The notes under the pieces: model-generated
Seen by the model: the letters and a program-made list of their open reading frames with translations, nothing else
What the model was told of the DNA's origin: nothing
The model's database searches: none
Shown here: positions 38,316 through 48,645 of the stretch, one piece after another
Numbering within the stretch: the first letter of the stretch is position 1
Layout: each line of letters begins with the position of its first letter
From: Candidatus Latescibacterota bacterium
GTDB taxonomy: Bacteria; Latescibacterota; UBA2968; GCA-2709665
Direction: 5' to 3'
NCBI GenBank assembly: GCA_965219995.1
Contig: CBDCOX010000002.1
Span: 5,120,001 to 5,184,000 of the forward strand
DNA length: 64,000 bases
Made by a program: the position numbers and the translations under genes

Positions 38316-38780
38316 ATGGCCGACATGCATCCCGAAGCGCGGGAATTCCTCGAGGAGCGGACACGGCTGGGCGTCGTGACCACCCTGCGGAAGGACGGTT
38401 CCCCCTGCACCGTGCCGCTCTGGTACGACTGGGACGGCACGACCGTGCGGTTCTTCTCCGGGGCCACGTCCGCGAAGCTCGCGCGGCTCGAGAACGACTC
38501 GCGGATCACCCTGGTCGTCTCCAGCGAGATGGACGAGGAACTCTACCGGTGGGTGTCGTTCGAAGGGCGGGCGAGCGTGTCGCGGGAAGGCGTCAGGGAA
38601 CTGGCGGTGGCGCTGGCGGAGCGCTACGCGGAACGCCAGCCGGACAATCCCAGGGCCCGGGAACTGATCAGGACGCTCGAGGGCATGTCCGAGAAGTACG
38701 GGCGGACGGTTGCGTTCACGCCGGAGCGCGGACACTGCATGCTCGGCGACGACCGCGTCGTCGAGCTGTTCCAGGCCTGA
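38316..38780 (+). CDS. Pyridoxamine 5'-phosphate oxidase-like (PPOX class, possibly F420-dependent) protein
   Basis: TTLRKDGSPCTVPLWY, KLARLENDSRITL, VSFEGRA. Confidence 0.85.
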   Translation: MADMHPEAREFLEERTRLGVVTTLRKDGSPCTVPLWYDWDGTTVRFFSGATSAKLARLENDSRITLVVSSEMDEELYRWVSFEGRASVSREGVRELAVALAERYAERQPDNPRARELIRTLEGMSEKYGRTVAFTPERGHCMLGDDRVVELFQA

Positions 38781-38801
38781 GACCGCGCGGCTTCCCGCCT
38801 C

Positions 38802-39284
38802 ATGCCGATCTCACGCAAGCTCGCGCTCGACGACGCCCAGGTCGAGGAAATCATGACCACGACCTGGAACTGCCGCATCGCCACGCTCGGCCCCGGCGAC
38901 CGCATCAACCTGACGCCGATGTGGTTCGCGTGGGCGGGCGGACGGGTCTACATCTACGGACGCGGCCAGAAGGTGGTGAACCTGCGCCGCAACCCCGCCT
39001 GCTCCATCGTCGTGGACCGCAACGAGCGCTTCCCGGAACTGCAGGCCGTCACGATGCAGGGCACGGCCACCGTGCTCGAGGATGCCGAGGCCGAGGCGGC
39101 GGACCCGCACCTGGCCGAGGCGCGCGTCCGGTTCGGGCGCAAGTACAACGGCGGGCACGGGCAGGCCGCCGTGGACGACCCGCCGCCCAACATGGCCTCC
39201 GCGCGCGGCAGGAACGCGCGCTGGATGGTGTTCGTGCCCGACCGGCAGGTGACCTGGGACAACTACAAGCTCAAAAGCCTTTGA
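38802..39284 (+). CDS. PPOX-class split-barrel protein
   Basis: IATLGPGDRINLTPMWF, QKVVNLRRNP, VTWDNYKL. Confidence 0.85.
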   Translation: MPISRKLALDDAQVEEIMTTTWNCRIATLGPGDRINLTPMWFAWAGGRVYIYGRGQKVVNLRRNPACSIVVDRNERFPELQAVTMQGTATVLEDAEAEAADPHLAEARVRFGRKYNGGHGQAAVDDPPPNMASARGRNARWMVFVPDRQVTWDNYKLKSL

Positions 39285-39321
39285 AAGCTAGAATGCTCAC
39301 CCCCGCATTCAGGGCAAAGCG

Positions 39322-39768
39322 ATGACCGCACCGGAGACCGCCCCGAAGTTCGAGTTCAACCCCGAGGTCGCCGACAGCTTCCTCGCCAACCGCAGGAAGT
39401 CCGGCGGGCTGCACGACTTCCTCGGGTTCACGACCGTCGATGTCGGCCCTGGCACCATGCAGGGGCGTTTCGAGGTGCGCGACGAGTTCCTCACCCCCTT
39501 CGGCAACATGCACGGCGGCGTGCTCTCGGCCTTCTGCGACCACCTGCTCGGGACCGTCTGCTACCCCGTCATGAAGGACGGCCAGTGGGCCGCCACCACG
39601 GAGTTCAAGATCAACCTGACGCGCCCCGTCACGAAGGGCGAGGTCGACGGCTACGCGACGATCGTCACCATGGGACGCACACAGGCGGTGGTGCGCATCG
39701 ACGTGCACAACGCCGGGCGTCTGTGCGCGATGGCACAGGGGACGGTCACCATCATGGACCCGAGATAG
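39322..39768 (+). CDS. PaaI-family thioesterase (hot-dog fold)
   Basis: PFGNMHGGVLSAFCD, TTEFKINLTRPV. Confidence 0.9.
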   Translation: MTAPETAPKFEFNPEVADSFLANRRKSGGLHDFLGFTTVDVGPGTMQGRFEVRDEFLTPFGNMHGGVLSAFCDHLLGTVCYPVMKDGQWAATTEFKINLTRPVTKGEVDGYATIVTMGRTQAVVRIDVHNAGRLCAMAQGTVTIMDPR

Positions 39769-39779
39769 GGCTACCCGCG

Positions 39780-40529
39780 GTGTCTCCGGAGGAGCGGTTC
39801 CGCTTCGACCTGCAGGGCTACGTCGTCGTTCCGGGCGTCCTGACCCGCGACGAGTGCGCGGAGCTCTCCGAGCTGGCCGACCGTGCCTGGCCGCGCGTGC
39901 CCGGGGACGGTCCGTACCGGCGCCTGGAGGCGTTTTCGCGCTGGGGCAAGCCGTTCCTCGACCTGATGGACCACCCGACCGTCCTGCCCTACCTGATCGA
40001 ACTCCTCGGATCGCGCCTGCGCGCCGACCACGACTACACGATCTTCACGCGGCAAGGCACGGATCCGCATCGCCTGCACGGCGGACCCCGCCGCTACGAG
40101 ACGGACCACTGGTACTACTACAGCGACGGCATCATGCGGAACGGCCTCACCGTCGCGACCTGGGCGCTCACGGACGTGGGTCCCGGCGACGGTGGCTTCG
40201 TCTGCATCCCGGGCAGCCACAAGACGAACTTCCTCCCCAACCTGCCGGACGACGTGCGCCGCCAGGAGCGCCTGCCCGACTACGTCCACCAGCCTCCGGT
40301 CCGGGCCGGAGACGTGCTGATCTTCACGGAGGCGCTGATCCACGGCGCCGCGCCGTGGCGGGCCGGGCACGAGCGCCGCGCGCTGCTCTACAAGTACAGC
40401 CCTCCGCACTCGACGTGGCGGAAGGAACCCTACGACATCGGCGCGTATCCCGAGGCCACCGAGCGGCAGCGGCGGCTCATGGCGCCGCCTTCGGTGGAGG
40501 ACCATCCCAAGGTGCTCGAAACCCCTTAA
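39780..40529 (+). CDS. Phytanoyl-CoA dioxygenase family protein
   Basis: FDLQGYVVVPGVL, LHGG, IPGSHK, GDVLIFTEALIHG. Confidence 0.88.
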   Translation: MSPEERFRFDLQGYVVVPGVLTRDECAELSELADRAWPRVPGDGPYRRLEAFSRWGKPFLDLMDHPTVLPYLIELLGSRLRADHDYTIFTRQGTDPHRLHGGPRRYETDHWYYYSDGIMRNGLTVATWALTDVGPGDGGFVCIPGSHKTNFLPNLPDDVRRQERLPDYVHQPPVRAGDVLIFTEALIHGAAPWRAGHERRALLYKYSPPHSTWRKEPYDIGAYPEATERQRRLMAPPSVEDHPKVLETP

Positions 40530-40617
40530 GGGACGCTGTCCGTCCCGGCGCGAGTCGCGGTCGTCAATAACGATGTAGTGTGCGATAGTCAGGGCGCGAA
40601 CCAGCGAAGGGAATACG

Positions 40618-42703
40618 ATGAGCGAGAAAGCACCACTGTTCACGCGCTTGGGCGCCGCTGTCGTCGCGACGATGCTGGCCACTTCCGGGACCGCCGGCGA
40701 AGCGGGTGAGGCAGGCGACGCAAGCGCGCAGGGAACCAGCGTGATCGAGGAGGTCATCGTCACCGCGAGAAAACGCTCGGAGAACGCCATGGACGTCCCC
40801 ATCGCGCTCACCGTCCTGGACGAGACCACGATGCGAGACAACAGCGCGAGGAGCATCTACGACGTGCTCGAGCTGGCTCCCGGAGTGAATCTCTCCGACG
40901 ACACCGCCGGGGGCGCCCAGCGGATCACGATCCGGGGAAACCTCCACCACGTCAGGGTCGCAGACGGTCGGCTACTACGTGGACGATGTGCCGTTCGTCG
41001 GCCTGGTGCTGCCCATCAATCCAGACGTGCGCGCCTTCGACATCGAGCGCATCGAAGTCCTGAGGGGTCCGCAGGGCACGATCTTCGGCGACGGTTCCAT
41101 GGGGGGAACCGTGCACATCGTGACACGCGACCCCGACCCGTCGGCCTTCGGGATGCACGTGGACGCCTTCTACGGGAGCTTTGGGGACGGCACTACCAAG
41201 GGCGCCCGCGGGATGATCAACGTTCCGCTGGTCGAAGACCAACTGGCGCTGCGCGTGGTCGGCTTCGACGAGGACCGCGGCGGCTGGCTCGACAACGAGA
41301 ACGAGGACGACGCCAACGACCGTGACGCCAGCGGTTACCGCGCCAAGCTGGCATTCACGCCCAACGACGCCATCAAGATCGTCGCTACCGCCTGGCTGAA
41401 CGAGCAACGCGGCTGGGACGCGGAAGACAGGGCGCTCGACGACGGCACGATACCTCCAGGGGGTGCATACGGCGAGACGGAGTATGACCGTTACACGCTG
41501 GCCGCGACCGTGAGCCTCGGCCCGGGCGAAGCCCTGTACGCCTATGGAACGACGGAATACGATCACCTGCTCACGATTCCCGCCTTCGCCGGCTTCGTCA
41601 TCTTCGCGAACATCGGTGCAGAGATAGACACCCATGAGCTGCGTTACTCCGGGACGGCAGACCGCTTCACCTACACCGCCGGCATTTATTCGAGAGACGC
41701 GGAGGTTCCTTTCGGCCTGAAGTTCGTTGCCGGAGGCATTCCGATCGTCGATACGGTGACCCTCCAGAACAACGAAGTCCGCGCCGTTTTCGGCGAAGTC
41801 GAATACAGCCTGTCGGACGAGTGGGCCGCCGCCCTGGGGTTGCGCTTTTCCCAGGAGGACCTCCACAACTTCGATACCCAGACGCTGATCGAAGCGGAAA
41901 TCGACGCCGACTACGTGCTGCCGCGTTTCAGCCTCAGCTACCAGCCCGATGACTCCGCCATGTTCTACGGCAGCGTGGCGAAAGGAGCCCGCAGCGCCGT
42001 GCCGAACTTCACCGACGCGATTTTCCTGATCGACACCCTCGGGCTCCCGGTTCCCTACGAGCTGGTTCTGGATGCCGATTCGATCCTGACCTACGAGCTG
42101 GGTGTCAAGGCGGCCCTTGCGGAAGGCCGCTGGACCGTTGAAGCCGCCGTCTACTACAGCGACTGGGAGGACCTGTCGACAACGGTGCCCGTCGTTGGAC
42201 TGGGAGGGCTGGTACTGCAGGTCAACACCGACGGCGCGGACATCCGGGGACTCGATCTCGCAACGACCTATGTCGCAGGCAACCTGACCCTGCATGCCGG
42301 AATGAGCTGGGTGGACAGCGAACAGAAGGCGGATGTCCCGAACACCGACCTGATGGAAGGCGATACCCTGCCCGAGGTCGCCGAGTTCATGGCCAACGCG
42401 CACGCACACTACGGCTGGCCGCTTGCGGGCTCCTTCGAGGGCTTCAACGGCATGGCGCGGCTGGGCATTCGACATGCCGGAGAGCGGGAGGACCTCACCA
42501 ACCTCGCAAACATGCCAGGCGATGCAATGACGATGGTCGACGCGCGGTTCGGCATCGAGAGCGACCGCCTGGGCGTCTACCTCTTCGGCACCAACCTCAC
42601 GGATGAAGACGGCGCCCTGAAAGCCAGGGGAGTGGCCTCGGGCTTCGCAGCCACGCGGCCGGTCCCACGGACGTTCGGCATCGAGGTGAGTGTCCGCTAC
42701 TAG
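40618..42703 (+). pseudogene. TonB-dependent receptor with +1 frameshift near 40935-40940
   Basis: Frame 1: signal peptide, IEEVIVTARKRSE...ITIRG; frame 2: TVGYYVDDVP, ERIEVLRGPQGTIFG ... PRTFGIEVSVRY; shift lies in GGGGAAA. Confidence 0.85.
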
Positions 42704-42719
42704 GAGCCTCCGCAGTCGC

Positions 42720-44096
42720 ATGACGACAAGGATCGACAGTTCAAGACTCAAGGTCCTGAAACAGCGTGAGGAGGCGCGCTACCTCGCGGAACGCCCGAAA
42801 TCGGTGGCACTGTACGAGAGGGCGAAGGGCTCCCTGTTCGCCGGTGTGCCCCACTCCTGGATGAACGACTTCATGGGCCGTCTTCCCCTCTTCATAGAGG
42901 AAGGCCGGGGAGCCTACGTGACCGACGCCGACGGTCATCGCTACCTGGACCTCCTTGGAGCCGACCACGGAGCGATATTCGGGCACTCGCCGCAAGCCGT
43001 CGCCGATGCCGTAGCCGATCGCGTGCAGCGAGGCGTCATGTTCACGCTTCCCTCGTCGGACGCCATCTGGGTCGGGGAGGAACTGGCGCGCCGCTTCGGT
43101 CTGCCGTACTGGCAGATCCACATGACGGCCAGCGATTCGAACAGGACCGCGATCAAGATCGCCCGCGAGATCACCCAGCGGAACCTGATCCTTTGCTTCA
43201 ATGGTTCCTATCACGGCACCGTGGACGAAACGCTGGTCACCGTCGTGGACGGCCGGATGATCACCGATCCCTATGGCGGCGCCTCGTATGGCATCGGGGC
43301 GTTACCTGACCCTGAGTCCAGGACGCGCGTAGTCGAGTTCAATGACCTCGATGCGTTGGAGAAGGCACTGTCCCCCGAGGACGTTGCCTGCGTGCTGACC
43401 GAGCCGGCGATAGCGCAGATGTCCGTTTACCCGCCGGATCCAGGCTTTCATGAGGGACTGCGGGAACTGACCCGCCGCTTCGGCACGCTGCTCCTCATCG
43501 ACGAGACCCACAACATCGTTGCCGGCGCGGGAGGGTTCACGCGTCTCTGGAACCTCGAGCCGGACATCTTCGTCTTGGGGAAAGGGATTGCGAGTGGCAT
43601 CCCCGCCTCCGTCATGGGTCTCAGCCAGGAGGTGGCCGACAGGGCGCTGCCCCTCTTCGAGAAGAACTTCGTACAGGGCATCGGGACCACGTTGTCCGGC
43701 AATGCGCTGGCGGTCGCCGCACTGAGAGCGACCCTGGAGCATGTCATGACGGACTCGGCTTACGAGCGGATGACGTCCGGCGCGGAGCGGATGGCCGCTG
43801 GCATGGACAGGGTGATCAAGGCCGCCGGCCTGCCATGGCGCGTGGACTGTCTCGGCTGCAGGGTGGTGCTCCGCTTCTCCCAGGCGGTGCCCAGGAACTT
43901 CGCCGAACAGCGGGTGGAAGGGAGGGGGCTCCAGGGACTGGCCGAAACGGGCATGTACTTCCATGCGTTCTATGCCAATCGAGGCATCCTTGTTCCGCCG
44001 GGCTTCTTCGCGTTGATCTCGCCCGAAGTCACGGAGGACGATATCGACTTCCACAACCAGGTGTTCGGTGAGTGCGTAAACGACCTGGTTGGCTAA
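42720..44096 (+). CDS. Class III aminotransferase (GSA-aminomutase-like)
   Basis: GAYVTDADGHRYLD, SYHG, LTEPA, LIDETH, DIFVLGKGIASG. Confidence 0.9.
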   Translation: MTTRIDSSRLKVLKQREEARYLAERPKSVALYERAKGSLFAGVPHSWMNDFMGRLPLFIEEGRGAYVTDADGHRYLDLLGADHGAIFGHSPQAVADAVADRVQRGVMFTLPSSDAIWVGEELARRFGLPYWQIHMTASDSNRTAIKIAREITQRNLILCFNGSYHGTVDETLVTVVDGRMITDPYGGASYGIGALPDPESRTRVVEFNDLDALEKALSPEDVACVLTEPAIAQMSVYPPDPGFHEGLRELTRRFGTLLLIDETHNIVAGAGGFTRLWNLEPDIFVLGKGIASGIPASVMGLSQEVADRALPLFEKNFVQGIGTTLSGNALAVAALRATLEHVMTDSAYERMTSGAERMAAGMDRVIKAAGLPWRVDCLGCRVVLRFSQAVPRNFAEQRVEGRGLQGLAETGMYFHAFYANRGILVPPGFFALISPEVTEDDIDFHNQVFGECVNDLVG

Positions 44097-44181
44097 GGCG
44101 CTTGCGCCTTTGCAGTTTCGCGTCAGCGAAACTCCCAACGCGACCGTCAGGTCGCGCTAGAACCCGTCCTGACCGCACGCC

Positions 44182-45173
44182 TCAGCGCATCAGCCACCGC
44201 AACGAGTCGGCGAAGATCGCGCCGCCGTGGTACAGGCTGTGGCCGCCCTCGCCGAAGACGTAACGGTCTCGTACCCCGCGTACTCGAGCGCCGAGGCCAT
44301 CAGCCGGTTCGCGAGCGGCCAGTTGCCGAAGATGATGTCGAGGTCTCGCTTCCCGCTCTGCAGGAACACCCGGAGGGGCTTCCTGGGCGTCGACCGGATG
44401 AGATACGGATAGTTGTGGCCGCCCCGGATGTTCACGAAGGACCCCACGTGAGAGAGCACCCGGCCGAACGCGGACGGATCGTGCCAGGCCGCGTTGAACG
44501 CGCAGATGCCACCGCTCGATATGCCACAGATCAGGCGCTTCGACGGATCCTGCGCGAACCGCACGCCGGCCTCCGACTCCACGAACGGCAGGAGTTCGTC
44601 GACGAGGAACCGCACGTGCGCAGCCGTCACGGCGTCGTACTCCATGCTGCGATTGATCGTGGCTTCGTCCTCCGTCATTCCCGGGCGCCGGCCCGGCATG
44701 ACGAACACCGCGACCGTCGGCGGCAGTTCCCCCGCGTGGATGAGCGAGTCGAGCACCGCCGTGACCCGCACCGCGCCTTTCGGGTCGAGGTACAAGTCCC
44801 CATCCAGGAACACCATGAGCGAAGGCGCCGCCACGGACTCGAGCTGCTCCGGCAGGTATACCCAGACGTCACGGACAGTCCCCCGGTAGATCCGGGTCCT
44901 GTCCCAACCGAGGAACTCGCGCACGGTACCGCGCGGAACGTCCGGCCCCGGATGCGCCTCGGGACCCGGGTGGTACTGCCGGTCCCCCGGCACGTCCAGC
45001 GCGTCGAGCGCCTCCATGTTGGAGCGGCCGTTCACCTCGGCGTCGAGGCCCAGCTCCAGGAAGGACCTGTCGAGTCCCAGGCGGCGGAAGTCTTCGACCT
45101 CCATCGCCAACGCCGGCACGCCCGCTGCCGCCAGCGCACCCATCAGGCTACGTCTCGTGATCCCGATCGTCAC
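44182..45173 (-). pseudogene. Enterochelin-esterase-like alpha/beta hydrolase with single-base frameshift near 44266
   Basis: Tat-like ITRRSLM; GISSGGICAF nucleophile motif; C-terminus YVFGEGGHSLYHGGAIFADSLRWLMR* lies in the adjacent frame. Confidence 0.8.
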
Positions 45174-45290
45174 TCCCACTCTCCGTCTCGTATCCCCTGC
45201 CGGGTTCCCGAGATTCTCGCACCGACGAGGGTGCGTCGAAACCGGCCGGGCCGGTAGCCCGGTCCCGGCCAAGACTTGGGAGCTTCGCCG

Positions 45291-46814
45291 ATGTTGCAAG
45301 GATTCCTGGCCAGGAAGTCTCGCGAGAACCTGGACACGTTGACCGGCGAAGTCGGAAACGCCCTCTCCGCGGTGACGTTGGGGTTCGTTTCTCCCGGGAC
45401 GGAAAAGAAGATGTACTGGTGGGGCGTACCCAGTCTCGGCCTCATGGGCGTGAGCGACTTCCTCACGCTCTTCCTGCTCTACTACTACAACCAGATTCTC
45501 GGGCTATCCGCCGTCCTGGCGGGACTCGCCCTATTCATTTGCGTGGTCTTCGACGCCGTTTCGGATCCTGTCATCGCTTACTGGTCCGACAGGCACAAGG
45601 GGAAATACGGCAGGCGAATACCGTTCATGTTGGTCGGCATCGCTCCGATGACCCTCTCCTGCCTCGCTCTCTTCGTCCTGCACCCCGGAGACGCACAGTG
45701 GATACTGTTCGTGCAACTGACTGTCCTGATGTCCATATTCCAGGTCGCCAATACGGCCTTCGCGGTACCAAGACTTGCTCTGGGCGTGGAGCTGTACAAG
45801 GACTATTCGAAACGGAACCAGCTACTGGGTACCGACCGGATCTTCGAGATCTCCGGAACCGCCGTCTGCGTATGTCCGATCCTCTTCCTGATGCCCGATT
45901 GGGATCAGGCACACCTTTATCCCTGGGCAGCCCTCTGGGTCTGCTGCCTCCTGGGTTGGTCGCTTTACCTGGGGACGGTGAGGCTCAGCGCGGTCGAGAG
46001 CAACCTGCTTGAGCTGGATCGGACCGGAAAGGTCTCCGACTTTTCCTTTCCGATGCTGGCGAAAGAAATCAGGGCGTTGCTTTCCAATCGCAACTGGATG
46101 ACCTTGCTCATCGCGTTCCTGTTCATCAGCGTCAACGGCGGCATCCAGACGAGCGATCAGGTCTATTTGAACAATCACCTGTTTCAGTTCGACCCCCGCG
46201 ATCTGTTTTGGGCGACCCCCCTGCAACTTGGCGGAGGCGCCATCGCCGCCGTCCTGACCTGGCGTATCGCAACGGGGAGAAGCAAGCGGAACCTGGTGCT
46301 GATTTCCAGCGGACTGAGCTTTTTCGTCTCCCAGCTACTGATCGGGCTGATGGCCATGGACTACTACTTTGGCTACACCCTGGTACCCGATGCCGGAGGC
46401 GGGGTGCTGAGTCCCCTGTGGTGGATCTGGGCGTTTCACGGTTGCCTCAACGGGGCGATCTGGACCTTCTTCATGATACTGGTGGTGTCCATGTTCGCCG
46501 ACGTCGTGGAGGAACATCAGGCGTCGACCGGGCCGAGATCGGACGGGCTTGTCCTGGTGGGCCGCAATCTCGTCACGAAGCTGATCGCGAGCGTCGGCGT
46601 CCTGCTCGCCGGCTTCATGATCAGTTGGGCAGGATTCGACGATGCAACCACCGCCGAGGCGAAGGAAGTAGCGGTCTACAAGTTCGTGGTGATCAAGATC
46701 GCCGTTACCGCCGTGTTGATTCCCATGGCCGTGTTCTTCTTGGCGAGATACTCTCTGACCGAAGCTCAGCATCGAGCCAATCTGAGGAAACTGGGGTACG
46801 AGAAACAGATTTGA
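45291..46814 (+). CDS. MFS transporter (GPH-like)
   Basis: DAVSDPVIAYWSDRHKGKYGRRIPF, SMFADVVEE; about 12 TM segments; start uncertain. Confidence 0.85.
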   Translation: MLQGFLARKSRENLDTLTGEVGNALSAVTLGFVSPGTEKKMYWWGVPSLGLMGVSDFLTLFLLYYYNQILGLSAVLAGLALFICVVFDAVSDPVIAYWSDRHKGKYGRRIPFMLVGIAPMTLSCLALFVLHPGDAQWILFVQLTVLMSIFQVANTAFAVPRLALGVELYKDYSKRNQLLGTDRIFEISGTAVCVCPILFLMPDWDQAHLYPWAALWVCCLLGWSLYLGTVRLSAVESNLLELDRTGKVSDFSFPMLAKEIRALLSNRNWMTLLIAFLFISVNGGIQTSDQVYLNNHLFQFDPRDLFWATPLQLGGGAIAAVLTWRIATGRSKRNLVLISSGLSFFVSQLLIGLMAMDYYFGYTLVPDAGGGVLSPLWWIWAFHGCLNGAIWTFFMILVVSMFADVVEEHQASTGPRSDGLVLVGRNLVTKLIASVGVLLAGFMISWAGFDDATTAEAKEVAVYKFVVIKIAVTAVLIPMAVFFLARYSLTEAQHRANLRKLGYEKQI

Positions 46815-46910
46815 GCAAGCTGATCGCAACCCAGAACCCTGTCTCGATCCTCGAGGACACCCGCCTGCAATAGAACAGGCGGGGATACCGGCCACCTCGC
46901 GTGTTGCGTC

Positions 46911-47606
46911 CTAGCGTCCCCCGCGGCCGCGCTCCTGGGCCTCCCGGCGTTGCCGCCGCTCGGCCAGCCGTTGCTTCTCGGCGCGCGACTGCTCCACGGT
47001 ACGCACCCACTCCGCGCACCACGCCGCCATTTCGTTGGCCGGCAGCCGCGAGACGATCTCGCCGCGTTCGAGCACACACTGCTCGACCGGTTGCGGAATC
47101 CCCAGCGAGTCCGGGCGCGAGTTGTCGAGCACTTCCAGTTGGTCAAACTGCTCGACGGTACGACGCAGATTCGACAGCGAATAGCGGTAACGCTCCGGCA
47201 CCCGCCCGGGATCCACCCGGTGCCCGGTGTGCTCCAGTACCCGCCGCTCGATCCGCGCCACGTTGATCTCGGGGGACTCCGTGCCGATGTAGATGCCCTC
47301 GATGCGGTAGTGGGCACGCCGCACCCGCTCGACCATCTCCCGGCCGGGCCGGCCAGAATAGGTGCTCTCGATACCGAAGCTCATGCGTGCCTGGAGCGCC
47401 GTGCCGACTTCCTCGTCGACGTACCGACGTGTGCGCTGCCGCGCATCCTCGCTATCCCAATCCCCGATGCCGCCCGCAATGGAATCCTGGTCAAAGTACC
47501 GGTCTGGCAACCGGTCGTAGTTGGCGCGCTTCCAGGCGCTCTTGCCAGAGCCGTTGCACCCCATGACGATGGTGAACACAGGCCGGGAGTCAAGTTGATC
47601 AGCCAT
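46911..47606 (-). CDS. Zeta-toxin-like P-loop kinase/ATPase
   Basis: MGCNGSGKS, DQDSIA, FGIESTYSG, ARIERRVLEHTGH, VLDNS. Confidence 0.8.
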   Translation of the reverse strand: MADQLDSRPVFTIVMGCNGSGKSAWKRANYDRLPDRYFDQDSIAGGIGDWDSEDARQRTRRYVDEEVGTALQARMSFGIESTYSGRPGREMVERVRRAHYRIEGIYIGTESPEINVARIERRVLEHTGHRVDPGRVPERYRYSLSNLRRTVEQFDQLEVLDNSRPDSLGIPQPVEQCVLERGEIVSRLPANEMAAWCAEWVRTVEQSRAEKQRLAERRQRREAQERGRGGR

Positions 47607-47908
47607 TTTCAGCCCCGGAGCGGGAGTTTCCCGGGTGCGGGCTGGAGACGATCGTCCAGTGCTTCCCGCTGGCGCACGATGTACAAGCGCTCCGCCGATC
47701 GCATGTTCGTTTGCGGAAGCTCGACCATGCGCTCTGCTCAGTGAGGCCGCGGCCGCCGCGCAGGTCCCGGAGCCGGGCCGTACGGGACCGGTAGAACTGT
47801 CGCGCCTCGTCGACCCCGCGTCGGTACCCCACCGGATCGAGCACCTTGCCCGCCAGGCGAATCGCGACGTCCACCTGCTCCCATGTCTTCTACCCTTCTG
47901 CCCGGGGG

Positions 47909-48196
47909 TCAGTCGGCCTCGGCCGTCACCGGATCGATCATGCGCTTGACCGGCGTGACCACGCTCGCCGGGAAGCCGCTGCGCTCCGCGTGCTCGTCGA
48001 TCAGGGCGGGGTCGTCTGCGATGTAGATGCAGAACGTCTTGTCGCCGGCGACGTAGGAGTGCTCCCACTGGATGTTCTTGTTCTCGGCCTTCATCTCGGC
48101 CAGCACGCCGTTCGACTTCTGGGACGCCTCGCGCAGCGCGTCGCGCTCGGCCGATCCGATCTCCGGGATGTCTCTCTCGATCACGTACCTGGGCAT
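47909..48196 (-). CDS. DUF4242-domain protein
   Basis: MPRYVIERDIP...QWEHSYV...KTFCIYIA...EHAERSGFPA. Confidence 0.9.
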   Translation of the reverse strand: MPRYVIERDIPEIGSAERDALREASQKSNGVLAEMKAENKNIQWEHSYVAGDKTFCIYIADDPALIDEHAERSGFPASVVTPVKRMIDPVTAEAD

Positions 48197-48260
48197 GGTT
48201 CTCCTCCGGGCTGTTCGTGTCGCTCGACACGGGCGAGCCGGGGAGCCTACGCTAGCCGCG

Positions 48261-48605
48261 ATGCACGCGCCACACCGGGTCATCGACGTCCACGCCCACG
48301 CCGTCCTCGAGGCCGGGTTCGGCGCGGCGGGCAGGCATGGGCCGGAACTCATCGTGGACAGCCGCGGTTCCTCGTCGTTCCGCGTCGGCGAGTTCCGCGA
48401 GGTGCGCAAGCTCTGGTTCGATGCGCAGGTCGAGGGACAGGGGGCGCTCGACCTCTTGATCGAGACCGTCGGACAGGACCGGCTCGCGTACGGCACGAAC
48501 TTCGGCGGCTGGGATACGCCTAAAACGCTAGCGCTAGCCCATGCGCCCACAGGCATTCCCCGGACCGCGACCCGGCACGGTCGCCAAGCAACCTCCGAAC
48601 GCTAA
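48261..48605 (+). pseudogene. Amidohydrolase remnant with internal deletion
   Basis: N-terminal VIDVHAH joined in frame to C-terminal LWFD...VGQDRLAYGTNFGGWD; central barrel missing. Confidence 0.7.
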
Positions 48606-48645
48606 AATTGCGGCCTCACCACCGTTGCGGGACAGGACGGATTGA

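Noticed and set aside
46911-48230. 439-aa ORF as a single protein
   Set aside because: The upstream part is an alternative-frame shadow of the DUF4242 gene; the P-loop protein starts at 47606.
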